DNA from: Callorhinchus milii
Taxonomy: Eukaryota
DNA: 64,000 nucleotides
Assembly: GCF_018977255.1 (NCBI RefSeq)
Contig: NW_024704742.1
Location: 126,792,001 to 126,856,000, forward strand
Direction of reading: 5' to 3'
Shown: in pieces, positions 42,894 to 56,628 of the stretch
Numbering within the stretch: position 1 is the stretch's first letter
Layout: each line of letters starts with the position of its first letter
Program-made: the position numbers and the translations under genes
The notes under the pieces: model-generated
What the model was told of the DNA's origin: nothing
The model's input: the letters and a program-made list of their open reading frames with translations, nothing else
Database searches by the model: none

Positions 42894-43921
42894 CTGTTCA
42901 AAGGCAACAAAGCAGAAACTTCAAATCAACGTGGAAATAAAAAAAAATTCCCCAGAATGAGTGAAAGGTGTTACATTACTATGATTGCACATCGCAAGGA
43001 TTTGCTGGCCACTATATGTTTAATCACAATTAAGTATATTAGATTTGCCTCTTCCTGACTGTTGTAGCTTAATATATAATTATTAAGCAATTCAATTTTT
43101 TTTTAAATTTGTGTCCAATTTTTTTTTCTAATTTTTCCCCCCCGTGGACACATGCCAAATTGCTACTGGTCTTTCCTCCTCTTGCTGGGCTGTGGTCCCA
43201 CAAGCACTGGATGCCCTGCAGAATCCTATTCAGTTGTCATGTGTGAGCCTCAGCAGTGAGTGTCAACAGGCCACTCTACAGTAGGGGGAAGTTCAAAGTT
43301 CAGCCTGACCTCTCCTTACCCATATGCCACAAAAGTGAACAACCAGTAAAAAGTACTGAAGGGGGACTAAGAGCAGGAAAACTGGCTGTTTTCCCACTCT
43401 AACTTTGGGAAGGAGAGAGTCCCCATGCAGCCCTGACTGAGATCAGCAATCTCAGCCCAAACCAGGATTGTAAGCAGCTCCTGGTCTGTAAGCTGATGTT
43501 CCACTGCACCATCAAAGCTGATTCCAGCAGTTCAATCCTTAATTCTTGAGCCATGTAGATAAAAAAATCCCCACATTACTGCTTTCAGACATCTTGTAGC
43601 ACTTCCACATTATTCTTTCAAAGCAATCAGACAATTGCTTTTATTTGGCTGCATTGCGGGGTTGGCAGAATATAAAGCAGAATTGCCCCAGGCAGACAAA
43701 CCGACAGACCTTTGATAGTAGATTGCTATTGATCTAGAGAGTGGTAGGATTTACAATTCAGATGAACCTATGCATCCTGGCATAAGCAGCTGGAAGGGTG
43801 ATCAATTCTCGGACAATAAAGAACAACTAGGACCTGAAGTGGAATGAAGATATGATGGACATTGTGGGAGAATTAAATCAAATAGCCCGAAGGACCTTAT
43901 TCTGTATCTCTCTTGCAATCA

Positions 43922-44302
<381 letters not shown>

Positions 44303-45344
44303 TTATGCTCCATTAAACATTAAGTTTTCAGCTCTCAATGGCTCAGCAAGTTATTCAGCAAGTTTCCTGAGGCATGCAGACCGTAACTATCCCAGGTTCA
44401 ATTCACGGTTTATGCTGGGTTTGTTGTTCTCAGCTGTGCCAGCCTTAGGGGTATGGCAAATTGGCCTCAAGGTTTTTTAGTTAGACTGGGGAAATTAAAT
44501 CATGGTTCCCATTTGTGAACGCCATACTGCTGGAGATGCTTGTGTTTGAAAAACCAAAATGTCAGTCACGTAACTGCATTTCAGCAGTGTCAAAAATTCA
44601 AAACACCTTCAGGAAGAGGAGGGAAGAAAACAGGGTGGGGGTAAGAAAAAAAAATCTAAACATGAACCCTAAATTTGGACTAGGACATAAATACTTCAGA
44701 CAAGAAACTCAGTGCTAACTATAATCAGTTTTCCATTGAGCCATTGATGCACAATGCGCCAAGCACAACCCAAGCTAAGTCATTCCAAGCATCAAGAAAC
44801 AGTATTAATCATAATTATGTTGCCGAGTGAGCTGTAAATGAGGCCCATGACCTTATAAGGCACAGCATTATAGTGCTGATAAACAAGCTGACTGCGATGA
44901 TTAATGAATGATTGAATGTCCAAAACACATGGAATGAATAAATACATTTTAGGTCATTTCACATTGTGATCTTCTGCGGTTGAATTATGAAGGAGCAGAT
45001 GTACATATTTTACAAGCTTTGTTAGCAGCAGCAACTGCAATACACCGTTGCTATTTTTAACAACGTAATAATAACTCTTGCATTTGGCATAGCGCCTTTC
45101 ACATCAGGAGGATATTCCAAAGCTTCACCGGTTATATTGTTAAGTGGAGAGACTATGCCTCAAGCAAAATCTTCGAATGTATAGATTATGCCAAATTATG
45201 AAGCAGAATAAAGCAGCCAGTTCTTGGCTGTCATAAAATCAAATAAGGAACTGCCTTTTAGAGTCACCACAATCAAAAGCTGTATGTTGATGCTGTATAA
45301 AGCATTACTAAGGCCTGATCTGGAGTGCAGCTCTGATAAACACA

Positions 45345-46655
45345 ACACGTATGAGAGATAACGTTCTAGAGCAGCATGCCAAGGAACCAACGAGGGGACA
45401 GGCCATCCTAGACCTTGTTCTGTGTAACGAAACGGGGCTAGTTGGCAATGTAGGTATTAAAATTCCTCTAGGGCAGAGTGATCACAACATGATTGAATTC
45501 TGCATTAAGTTAGAGAGGGATATAGTTAAATCCGAGGCAAGTATTCTGAACTTAAATAGGGCTAATTTTGTAGGTATGAGGAAAGATTTAGGTAAAATAG
45601 ACTGGAGAATAAGATTAAGAGGTAAAAATGTAGACCAACAGTGGCAAATATTTAAGGATGTAGTGCAAAATTCTCAGCGGTCACATATTCACTTGCGGAA
45701 TAAGAGTAATAATAATAATAATCCTTGCATTTGATATAGTGCTTTTCATGTCTTCTAGACGTCCCAAAGTGCTTCACAGAATATACTGTAAAGTGAATTG
45801 ACTGTATATTTGTGGGCGAACGACACAGGGAAAGCAATTCATCCGTGGCTAACTAGAACAGTTAGGGAAAGCATCAAATTAAAAGAAAAAGCTTATAAAA
45901 CTGCCAAGAAAAGCAGCAAATCTGAAAATTGGGAGAGTTTTAAAAACCAGCAAAACAAAACTAAAAAACTCATTAAGAGCGAGAAAAAGGAGTATGAGGG
46001 TAAGCTAACTAGAAACATTAAGTCTGATTGTAAAAGTTTTTACAAATATATTAAGAGGAATAGGCAAGTGAGGGTAAACGTAGGTCCACTTCAGTCAGAG
46101 ACGGGAGAAGTTGTAATGGGGGATAAGGACACGGCAGAGTCCCTAAATGGGTACTTTGCATCTGTCTTCACCCTAGAAAACACAAGTCTGCCAACAATAA
46201 AGATGCACCAAGGGGATAAGGACAGGGAGCAACTAAGGGAAATTTTATCAGTGGAGAATTGGTGCTAGGGAAACTGTTAGCAATAAAAAGTGACAAATCC
46301 CCTGGTCTGGATGGTTTGCATCCCAAGGTTTTAAAAGAGGCAGCTGAAGAGATAATGGAGGCCTTATGTCTGATCTTCCAAAATTCCTTGGATTCTGGAA
46401 CAGTTCCCATGGATTGGAAGATCACAAATGTCACACCACTATTTAAAAAAGGTGTAAAGGAAAAGATGGGGAACCATAGGCCACTTAGTCTACAATCAGT
46501 GATAGGAAAAAATTTAGAATCATTGTTTAAGGATGTGGTAGTGCGGTATATAGAGGAGCACAATATAATTAGGCCAAGTCAACATGGCTTTACAAAAGGG
46601 AAGTCATGTTTGACAAATCTCATCGAGTTTTTTGAGCATATTTCGAGTAAACTAG
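45345..46655 (+). mobile_element. CR1-type LINE ORF2 fragment (endonuclease C-terminus to RT start), frameshifted
   Basis: EPTRGQAILDLVL...LGQSDHNMIEF; KSPGLDGLHPKVLKE...QHGFTKGKSCLTNLIEFFE. Confidence 0.92.
45708..45821 (-). mobile_element. 5'-truncated SINE inserted in CR1 ORF2 (other tail-only copies near 1870, 6285, 23690, 34275, 42560)
   Basis: Interrupts the CR1 reading frame between LRNKS and TGKAIHPWLT. Confidence 0.85.
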
Positions 46656-46679
46656 ACCCAAGGCTCTCCTGATTGGCTC

Positions 46680-47440
46680 CCGTCAGCACCTCCATACATC
46701 AGGCGCTGACAGCATCACCATCCATCGATGCACTCTCCACATTACTAAGCCAGTCCAGAAACTATCCTTTCTACCCCACATCTGCGCCACGACCCACTCT
46801 GCCTTCCCCCACCTCTGCATCATCGCCCAGCTCCACCATTGTCTCACAACACAGGCCACCAAAACCCTCATACACGCATTCATAACATCCAAGCTTGACT
46901 TTGCAAACTCCCTGCTTGTCGCTCTCCCCAACTCCTCTGTCCGTAGGCTGCAGATCATCCAGAACTCTGCAGCCGTGTCCTCATCCTCGCCCGACTCCAC
47001 TGACTTCCCATCACACAGAGGATACAGTTCAAGATCCTTGTCCTCACCTTCAAAGCCCTCCATGGTCTTGCTCTCCAATACCTTTGTGACCTCCTAACCC
47101 CCTACCATCCTGCTCGCTCGCTCCACTCAGTGGGCTCTGGCCTGCTTCACGTCCCCTGCCTTGCTCGCCCCACTATTGGCGGACGGGCCTTCTGCCACTC
47201 TGCCCCCACCCTCTGGAACTTCATCCCGCAGTCCCTCTGCCTTGCCCCCTTTCTTGCCTCCTTCAAGACCGATCTCAAGACCCTCCTCTTCAACCGTGCT
47301 TTCGATCTCCCAGCTTCCCCTCCTGCCCTCCACCCTCCCTGTTCCTGATCCCCAGCTCGCGTACAAAACTCTGTCTGTCCAGCGCCTTGGGAAGTCCTCC
47401 CGATGTGAAAGGTGCTGTACAAATGTAATTTTGTTATTGT
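46680..47440 (+). mobile_element. L2-type LINE 3' fragment
   Basis: IGGRAFCHSAPTLWNFIPQSL; tail aaatgtaattttgttattg. Confidence 0.85.
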
Positions 47441-47934
47441 AGCAGCAGATCCTTTCTTGTCTCCAAATAAACACCATGATGATTTTAGTGACCGGTCCAC
47501 CAAAACACCAAGATCTCCATCTCTTAATATCTTAAATCACCAGAAAAAGTTAATTATTCTTTTTATTGATATTGAGAAAACAAGTAATAGGGACAAAACC
47601 TACAGTGTAGGTTGCCACCAAGGTTGAAAAGAAAGCAGGATAAAAAAACGATAAATCAAGCAGCAATTGGAAGGTTGGAACATCCTACCCTTCACACTCT
47701 TCCTTTGCTGCAACAATCTACATTGATGGAACAAAGGAACAGAGTGGAGGCAAGGATTTCCAATGTTGAAAGAATGTGTTGGAGTAAGAATATCTGCATT
47801 TAATTCTAACTTCAACGCTATGAAAGATTATTTCTCCTGCTTTGTAAATTGGTAGCTAAGGGACATAATGTAGGATTATTACTGGAATGGTAAAGAGCAG
47901 ATGACTATAAAACTATTTTATATTAGAATACATT

Positions 47935-49050
47935 AGAATATACAGTACAGAAACATGCCATTCGGCCCAACTGGTCTATGCCGGTGTTTATGCTCCACAT
48001 GAGCCTCCTCCTGCCCTTCCTCAACTAAGCCTTCAAGCATAACCTTCTATTCCTTTTTCCCTCATTATATTATATCTCCCCTTTGTATCTTAAATGTACT
48101 TATATTATCTTCAACCTCTTCTTCTACTGACATGTCCACCTAATCTGCTCCATGGTGAATACTGAGGCAAAGTAATTACTTAATATTTCTGCCATTTCGC
48201 TTATCCATCCCTTAGTGGCCCTATTCCTATTTTTCTGTTTTTTTGTTTCGTAGCCAGCTTGCTATCCATTCTGCTATTTTTCCCCTGACTCCACATGCTC
48301 TGACCTTATTCATTAGTCTATTATGTGGTACCTTATCAAGCACCTTTTGGAAATCTAAATATATTTCATCTACTGCATTATCCTTGTCTACTCTTTCTGT
48401 TACCCCTTCAAAGAATTCAATGAGGTTGGTCAAGCATGACCTTCCTTTTTGAAATCCTTGCTGACTATTATGTTTTTTGTTTCTAGATATTTCTCTATTA
48501 CCTCCTTCAGTAAGGATTCCATTAACTTTCCTACCACATATGTTAAGCTGAGAGGTCTATAGTTCCCTGGGCTTGTTTTATCTCCCTTTTTAAACATAGG
48601 TATAACATTAGCTATCCTCCAGTCCTCTGGTACTACTCCCTTTTGTAATGAGTTATTATATATGTGTAATAGTGCCTCTGCTATCTCTTTCCTCGATTCT
48701 TTTAAAAACGCGGATGCAATCAAATCTGGACCAGGGGTTTTATCCTCTCTGAGTTTTGTTAGTTTTTTGATTATATCTCCCCTTTGTATCTTAAATGTAC
48801 TTATATTGTTTTCAATCTCTTCTTCTACTGTCATGTCCACCTGATCCATCTCCCTGGTGAATACTTAGGCAAAGTAATTATTTAATATTTCTGCCATTTC
48901 GCTATCACGGCCTGTAAGCTTCTCTTGTCCATCCCTTCGTGGCCCGATTACTATTTTGATTTTTCTTTTGATATTTATGTCTGCAGAATATTTTACTATT
49001 TCTTTTTATATTCCTTGATAATTTACTTTCATAATTCCTCTTTGCCTTCC
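47935..49050 (-). mobile_element. CR1-type LINE fragments, rearranged
   Basis: VPEDWRIANVIPMFKKGDK...NYRPLSLT; YLDFQKVLDKVPH; 3' UTR at 47935-48065. Confidence 0.88.
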
Positions 49051-49059
49051 TAATTAGTT

Positions 49060-50377
49060 AGTCTCACATCAGTGATAGGAAAATTTTTAGAATCATTGAT
49101 TAAGGATTTGGTAGTGCGGTATTTAAGGGAGCACAATAAAATTAGGTCAAGTCAACATGGCTTTACAAAAGGGAAGTCATGTTTGACAAATCTCATAGAG
49201 TTTTTTGAGGATATTTCCAGTAAACTAGATAAGGGTGAATCAGTGGATGTGGTCTATTTGGACTTCCAGGAGGCATTCGATAAGGTGCCGCATAAAAGGT
49301 TAGTCCAAAAGATAAGGTCCCATGGAATTGGGGGGAGCATATTAACGTGGATTGGGGAATGGTTAACGGGTAGGAAACAAAGAGTAGGGATAAACGGGTC
49401 CTTTTCAGATTGGTGGGATGTGACTAGTGGAGTGCCACAAAGATCAGTCCTTGGGCCTCAGCTATTTACCATCTACATCAACGATCTAGATGAGGACATT
49501 GAAGCTAATATATCTAAATTCGCGGATGACACAAAACTAGGAGGAAGTGCCAACACAGAGGACAATATTAAAAAAATGCAGCGAGACATAGATAGGTTAA
49601 GTGATTGGGCAGGTAGGTGGCAGATGAAGTATAATGTAGGGAAGTGCGAAGTCATCCACCTAGGTAGCAAAAACAGTAGAGTGGGTTATTTTTTAAGAAG
49701 GGGAGAGATTGGAATGTGTTAGTGTCCAGAGGGACTTGGGTGTCCTTGTACACCAATCACAGAAAGTTAGTCTGCAGGTGCAGCAGCAATTAGGAAAGCG
49801 AACGGTATGTTAGCATTCATTATGAAAGGATTAGAGTATAAGAGTAGGGAAGTCTTGCTGCAACTGTATAGTGCTCTGGTGAGACCACACCTGAAATACT
49901 GCGTCCAGTTTTGGTCTCCAGGGATGAAGGGGATGAGTTACGAGGATAGGCTGACCAGTTTGGGCCTATATTCTCTAGAATATAGAAGAATTAGAGGGGA
50001 TCTTATAGAAACCTATAAGATCATCAAAGGGCATGATAGAGTAGATAGTGGGAGATTGTTTCCCTTGGTTGGAGAAACTAAAACCAGGGTTCACAACCTT
50101 AAAATCAGAGGCCAGCCCTTTCGCACTGAGTTGAGGAAGAACTTCTTCACTCAAAGAGTGGTGAATGTATGGAATTCAGTACCCCAAAGGGCTGTTGATG
50201 CTCAGTCCTTGAACATATTCAAGACTGAGATAGATTTCTTATTGCAAAAGGGATTAAGGGATATGGGGATAAGGCAGGGTCAGGTTATTAGCTGGAGTTA
50301 GATTAGAAGATCAGCCATGATTGAATGGCGGGGCAGGCTCGAAGGGCCGAATGGCCTACTCCTGCTCCTACATGTTA
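49060..50377 (+). mobile_element. CR1-type LINE, RT domain to 3' end, disrupted
   Basis: YLDFQEAFDKVPH, GVPQRSVLGP, SKFADDTKL, LVRPHLKYCVQFW, FFTQRVVNVWN. Confidence 0.93.
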
Positions 50378-50694
50378 TAATAATAATAATAATCCTTGCA
50401 TTTGATACAGCGCTTTTCACGTCGGAAGGACATCCCAAAGCGCTTCACAGAACACACTGTAAAGTGAATTGACTGTATATTTGTGGGCGAACGCGGCAGC
50501 CAATTGCGCACAGCAATGTCCCACAAACAGTCGTAGATTGAAAATGACCAATTTATTATTGTTTTGTTTTTTGGAGGGATTATTATTAGGCGTGTGGAGT
50601 AAGGAAACTTGCCCAAGGTTTCGCCCTGCCTGGAATTGAACTCAGGTCTCTAGCTTGCAAAGCGAGTGCTCTAACCACTGAGCTACAGGACTCC
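50378..50694 (-). mobile_element. Same SINE family, full length, inserted in a CR1 tail repeat
   Basis: Near-identical to the 11585 copy; flanked by ATGTTA on both sides (candidate target-site duplication). Confidence 0.92.
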
Positions 50695-51037
50695 AATGTT
50701 ATGTTATGCATAGGAAAGATATTTTGCTGTTGGAAAGGTTGTTTGGGACATATGTGCATGCGACTGCCAGGAAAGTGGAAGGCGAACTAAATGGGCCTTG
50801 GTCTTTTTGCATCTAGCATTTCTTATGTCCTATGTTCTTATGTGTTGTGCAATCAAAGTGGTTCCTAGCTTCAGGAGTAAAGAAAGGATGATGAACAAAT
50901 TGATCTTATTCTCTTTCTAAAATAAATGGGAAGGTCACTGACGAATGTTTTCAAGAGTGACAAAGCTCATCTAAGTGATCAGTATGGAGATAAACACACA
51001 TAAGAACAAACACTTAATGACATTCTACTGTTCTTAC

Positions 51038-51112
51038 CAACTCTTCATCTTTTAGGGAGGTTCGAGTGGCCATTGCTGAGGTAATGCCAGCCTTTCTCGA
51101 CTGCACAAGCGA
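51038..51112 (-). CDS. UNC13B: UNC13B exon [25 protein letters not shown], 75 nt
   Basis: cag|TCG...TTG|gtaaga; sequence is diagnostic of UNC13B. Confidence 0.97.
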
Positions 51113-52086
51113 CTGTAATGTGAAGCCAAAAATGTTAAGTAATTAGTTAAAAGAGACAAAATAAATTGTGCTGTGAATAAACATGCAAAAGTAACTTTTA
51201 AAACAGGTGGATCTTCATAATATTAACTAAAATTATATTTTGGATAAATCAAAAACAATCCAAACAAGGTTGTTTTTCCCTACAGTTCTGAAGGATGAAC
51301 CTTATAGACATCAGAGAGTTGAAAAGACATCAAAAAAAATTACCTTGGAAATAATTTTAATATTTTGATTGATAAGTATAAAATATAACATTCAGGGCAA
51401 TTAGCAGCTGGACATCTTTGACCAGTCTATAAATGCCATAATCAGGAAATGATATCAAAGCTATTTGGAACCCAAGTTCAGTCAAGAATCAGTCCATGTG
51501 AATGGAAATGTTTTAGCATTTCTCCTCCAGCATTTAACCTCCAGCGGGAGGTGGGGGAGGATTCCACCTCGGTCAAGATTTTGTCTTGCTCTGCAGCATT
51601 TTAGAGCATCCAGAAATTTAGTAAATCTACTGAGGTGGGGTATAGATTTTCTGCCCACTGGTGTTGTTATTGACACTGCCAAGATGATGCTTCTGCAATT
51701 CCTGTAACATATGAAGCAGGCTTTTTATGAATTCTCTTGATCTTTTTAAATCACAACATGGAAAATTTGTGGCACTGCTAAGAGAGATGAAAATGTTGCT
51801 TTGTTTGTAGAGCATATAGCCTGACACATATTGGAGGTATCCCTATTCAACATTGACAACATTCTGCATTGTGTATAAGGTTCAGTCCTGTTTCAGAGCA
51901 ATTTAGTACTGTTTGGTGGAATTAAATTATGTCAAAAACAAACAGATAAAAATATTGATGATACAGCACAGGAAACTATCAGGAACATGCTGTAAATTAG
52001 GATTAAACAAGGAAGTGGTGGAATAAGGGGTGATTAGACAAAAAAACATGTTTTTTGTCTAGTTGGGATATTGTTGCACCACTTAC

Positions 52087-52092
52087 CATGGC
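52087..52092 (-). CDS. UNC13B: UNC13B 6-nt microexon (AM)
   Basis: ccttttgtgcag|GCCATG|gtaagt; gives VSDL-AM-SLVQ as in Munc13 proteins. Confidence 0.9.
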
Positions 52093-53500
52093 CTGCACAA
52101 AAGGAACGATTGCATACAAAAGAATTATAATATGTTATTGCTGAGATCAACTAGTCAGCTGGAAACATAAGTTATGTCAGCATGTTGTTTATCTAGTAGA
52201 AAGTATCAGTCCAGAAATTGTAAACTCGATATGTCACTAATATGAAAAACTGGGTTTATCTCACCTTGCTGCACGGATCATCTCACAAATCATCAGCAAA
52301 TCTGGATAGTATTGCATTTAGAATCTTGTCTCAAATTTTCATAAAGTTCCCATTTATTTTGATGATTATAAACACACCAAAAGACACTTATTTCTCTGGA
52401 ATTAGAATTTTTTTTGATAATTCCACTATTCTGATCAAGACGATGTGCATGCTTTGTAACTGGCCAATACTTCTTTTCAAGTTAATTAAAAACAATTGTC
52501 AAACAGTAACACATTAAATTAAAGCAACATTAGTGTTAAATCAATAACAGATTGCTAAAGAATTATTTAGAAAGCCTGTATAACACATTCAGTACATTGT
52601 AAAATTCCTTGAGTTTGTGTAACACATCGCAGCAAGCTAAAAGGAGAAAGTTCAACACGTAACTAATTGACCACAGGAAACACATCAACACTATAAAGAA
52701 AGGAATCCATGTAGAAAGGCAGATTAAGAAATACACATGTACATTAAGATAGAAAGAAAATGTATGTTTAAACTGTAAATATTTCCAGCCTCAAGAATCT
52801 TAAAAAGAAATCAAGTGAATGTAGCTAACATTGTAGCTCTGACCTAACATTTTGTATTCTGTGTTGATACTTAGTAAAAGCAATATATTAAGGTGATGAG
52901 GGTGTAACTGGTGGAAAGGTGAAACAAGGTGTGCTAAGGAATCTGTGGAGGAATAAAACCAGGAACAAGTGATTGCAAGGTGCAGGCAGATACTTTTAAC
53001 ATAACGGTCATTCTGCTGAAGGTGAGGTTTTCTGCTTGAGATGACTGCAAGTGGAAAAAAACTGCTCAAACCTTGACTAGGCTTCAAACACTAGGCTTCA
53101 AAGGCCTAGTCTTAGCCTATAAGACCATGTGTTTTAACAGTTAAGATATTTTAGAATAATGGAAAATTCCTAGATTCAGTCTTAGCTTGGAAGTTTTTTT
53201 TCATACACTTTGCAAAGGACCGGCTTCCAAACTCAAGTCTGAATTTAAGAATTTTACATAATTCTCCATGATTTTAGATTTGAAGACAAAATGGTTTGAC
53301 AGGTTAGGACCCTGCAGTATTTTGAGCTTGAAACTCTAAGAAACAACTTGCATGTGCACACCTGGCAATCAACAAGAATAAGAATTAGAAGCCAAAACAG
53401 GGGGCGAGGTAGATTTACCAACAGGAGTTAAAAGAAAACTGTTGCAAGTATATATGGGATCTCTTACAACACCAGTATATTTATTTTGGAAAAAACTCAC

Positions 53501-53579
53501 CAAATCACTAACAAGTGGAATGGGTTTTTTCTTCCGCAGGTCTGGCATGCTGTCAATACCAAACAGCCCACCTCCAGTC
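53501..53579 (-). CDS. UNC13B: UNC13B exon [26 protein letters not shown], 79 nt
   Basis: ttttacag|G...TTG|gtgagt; conserved Munc13 motif. Confidence 0.97.
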
Positions 53580-53944
53580 CTGTAAAAACACCAAAAGTAT
53601 TCAGATTTGCTAACATCATTTACTGCACCCTGCATATACACAGGAAGCACTTCTTTTGTGAAGTGATATCAGCAATGCTTCTTGCACATAGCATGCACAC
53701 ATAGCAAATGGGATGATATCAGCATTCTTCCAGTGCATTGTGTGCACACGCAAATTTTACCCTGCAACCTTGCAAATAGATTAGCTGAAAATAAATGACA
53801 CTTTTGGCAATAACATTTTGCACAATAGTAATAAATACACAAAACAGAGAATGAACAGAGTTAATGCATGTTGCACTAACAATTACACATAAGAAATAGA
53901 CCAAACAGGACAAGCACCCCCAAACACACTTTATATATACATCA

Positions 53945-54340
53945 TATCAAAGCCCTTATTTTCAAGGCCCTCCACGGTCTTGCCCCTCCTACCTCTGTAA
54001 CCTGCTAAGACCATATCAACCTATCCACTCCCTCTGATCAGCAGGCTGTGGCATGCTCCACACCCCTCGACTGGCCAGCTGGCACCACTATCGGGGGTCA
54101 GGCCTTCAGCCTCTCTGCCTCCACCCTTTGGAACTCCATCCCAGATTCCCTTCGTCTCGCTCCCCACCGTGCCTCCTTCAAGGCACGCGTCAAGACCCAC
54201 GTCTTCGACAGCGTCTTTGACTACCCTCCTATCCTTTCTGCCCTCCACTCTCCCTGCAACCCGCCCCCCCCACACACACCTGACTGTTCAGCGCCTTGGG
54301 ACGTCCTCCCGACGTGAAAGGCACTATACAAATGTAATCT
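53945..54340 (+). mobile_element. L2-type LINE 3' end
   Basis: IGGQAFSLSASTLWNSIPDSLR and 3' hairpin. Confidence 0.85.
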
Positions 54341-54965
54341 ATAGAAAGATCTATAATTGGCCTCAAGCACTGCTATAGTCAAGCACCAGTTCACTGTTTT
54401 TCCTAATTACTCTTCACAGTTGTCTGGATTTAAGAAAAACAGCTTCTCCTGTTGCACAGCATTCAAGAGATAAGAAATGTTTTCCATGCTTATTGTTTCT
54501 CATGTAATTATAAAATAAATTAAAATTAAAAGCATTTGATTTCTGATGCCTGTTGTTCATAACTATAACAGCGGTCAATGCATTCAAACATAAATTTGTT
54601 GTTAGGCCATTCCTGCCATTGATATTAATAATGGTTGCATTTAATATTGTGCCTTATGGGCCATTGAGACGTCTCAAAGCACTTCACAGGATATAGAAAG
54701 TGGAGCGACAGATTAATGCTTAAAATTGGGCGATAACAGTTTCTTAGTAAGTGAAAGTGGAAGGATAGTATATACAACTCAAAAAGGTGGCCATAATTGT
54801 TTCTCCTTGTAAATCTAGAATTTTATCCAGCAAGGATTCGCTGCTCTGCGAGAATACAGGCAGAAATAGTCCAACAAAATGAAATTTTTATTTAGTCCCT
54901 GATACGTGATAAAACATTTTTACTTATTTGTGTTATTTGCTCTGATCAAGAAAGGAATGACTTAC

Positions 54966-55009
54966 CCTCCTTTAAACCAAGGCGGTTTTGATGGATCATC
55001 TCCCCCAGC
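54966..55009 (-). CDS. UNC13B: UNC13B exon AGGDDPSKPPWFKG(G), 44 nt
   Basis: cactag|GCTGGG...AAAGGAGG|gtaagt, phase 0 to 2; homologous to the linker before GGLxxIDSMPD. Confidence 0.9.
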
Positions 55010-56605
55010 CTAGTGTTTCACAAAAAAGAGTGAGTGGAAAACAAATAAGTTATTTACAAATCAAAACAAAATGACAAAATATTCAGGTTGTCAATGCACT
55101 TATGCAATGCACAAAGCAGTTCATGCTGTTACAATATCCTGTTTCCAAATGTATTTGAAACACAAATTTCTCACATTGTCTCAACAACAATCATAGAGAC
55201 AATACAAAACGGGCAGAGGAATGAATTTAAAATAGGATTTCATCAGTATCACTGGAGGTTAAAGGGTTTGTTCAGTCAATGGTTCTTTCAGTGATGATTG
55301 GATGTATTTCAGAAAGAAATAAAAATGTTAATGACACCTTAAACCTACAGTGTTTAACGTCGCAGCAGGAAGAAAAACTCTGAAGAAAAACTTGCCCTTT
55401 TGTACTCCAATAGAAGAAAAGCCCAATTGTAGATATTATTATTGGCAATCTTGATTGTATTGATATTAGAACTATCACATGCAACAGTGCGAAAGTATTG
55501 ATTCTTGTAGATGTTACATCATTGCTGAAAACAAAGCCTTGAGTACATGTAAATTATGCTTTGCACTTCCCAACAACTGGTCATATCTCTGACTCATCAT
55601 GAACTGGACAAAAATATTGGCCACAACTGTCAACAGGTACAGATGAACAAAGTCTAATTGCTCCAGAACCAACACTTCCCATTACAGAATCAAACTGTTT
55701 TTAAATAAGTCTAATGTCTTCATCTATACCACTCTTCCTGGTAACTCTAGCCACATTTTGATTATTCTGTGTTAAGATATACTTCCTGATGCCTTTCCCA
55801 AATTTACCTTTTATAATTTTGCCTGGTGCCTTATTGTCCAGCGATGCAGTACATCTGAAGACACTGTTCGTGGTTTACTTTATCTATCCCATTTATCATT
55901 TTATATAGCTCAATAAGGTTCCCTCTGAAGCATCTCTTTTCAAGGCTGAGAACCCATCTTATCTTGTCATTCCTCAAAGCGTATTCCTCATACACTTGAG
56001 AGTTTTTGTGTTCTGAATCTCTCTTGGGTAACTTAAAATGTTATGCAATAAATCTGAGATCTGTACCCGACAAAAATCTTTATGTGGCCAAATGCTTTAT
56101 ATGCCACAAATTTAAGCACTGCACTTCAGTCACAATCTTTGTGCACCAAGCAACAATACCAGGCTGCAGCCACGAAATGCTGAAGAAATAATTGTACAGC
56201 TCCACTAGTGGGAATGGACTTCCTACTGTCTCTTTCCCTACTCTACCCTGAGCCTTGCTGGACAAATCCCCAACAAAAATACAGATGAGAAAAAAGCAAT
56301 TTGTTTTCAACTTCTGTATTATCCTGATCAAGCACATTTAGTGTAAAATCTAAAATTAAATCACAGTTTATATGGAACAGCTTCAACTCACAGCACTTCG
56401 AAATCATCCATAAGTGTTCCTAAAAATGAGCACTTTCAATCAGCGTTCAACAAGCTCGTTGATAGATCTCAAACTCTGCAAAAATCCTGGACTTTTGCAC
56501 AATGTAATGAAGCGATGTCAGTGAGCAACGCAGTGACAAAATGACATGCAAGACAATGGTGATGTGTATCCTTAATGTAAATATAGCAACAAGAAATTGT
56601 TTAAC

Positions 56606-56628
56606 CTGTCCATCTGCTGTACACCCTT
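56606..56628 (-). CDS. UNC13B: UNC13B 23-nt microexon, (E)GCTADGQ
   Basis: ctctcttttcag|AAGGGTGTACAGCAGATGGACAG|gttaaa. Converts phase 1 to phase 0, exactly as needed to join the large exon to the next exon. Confidence 0.85.

Noticed and set aside
49072..49722. 216-aa reverse transcriptase ORF as a novel RT system or active element
   Set aside because: Ordinary 5'-truncated CR1 ORF2 with frameshifts and deletions; no intact element in the window.
53075..53118. Short tandem/inverted motif (actaggcttcaaa x2, cctagt)
   Set aside because: Too short; consistent with slippage. No CRISPR-like or other regular array occurs in the window.
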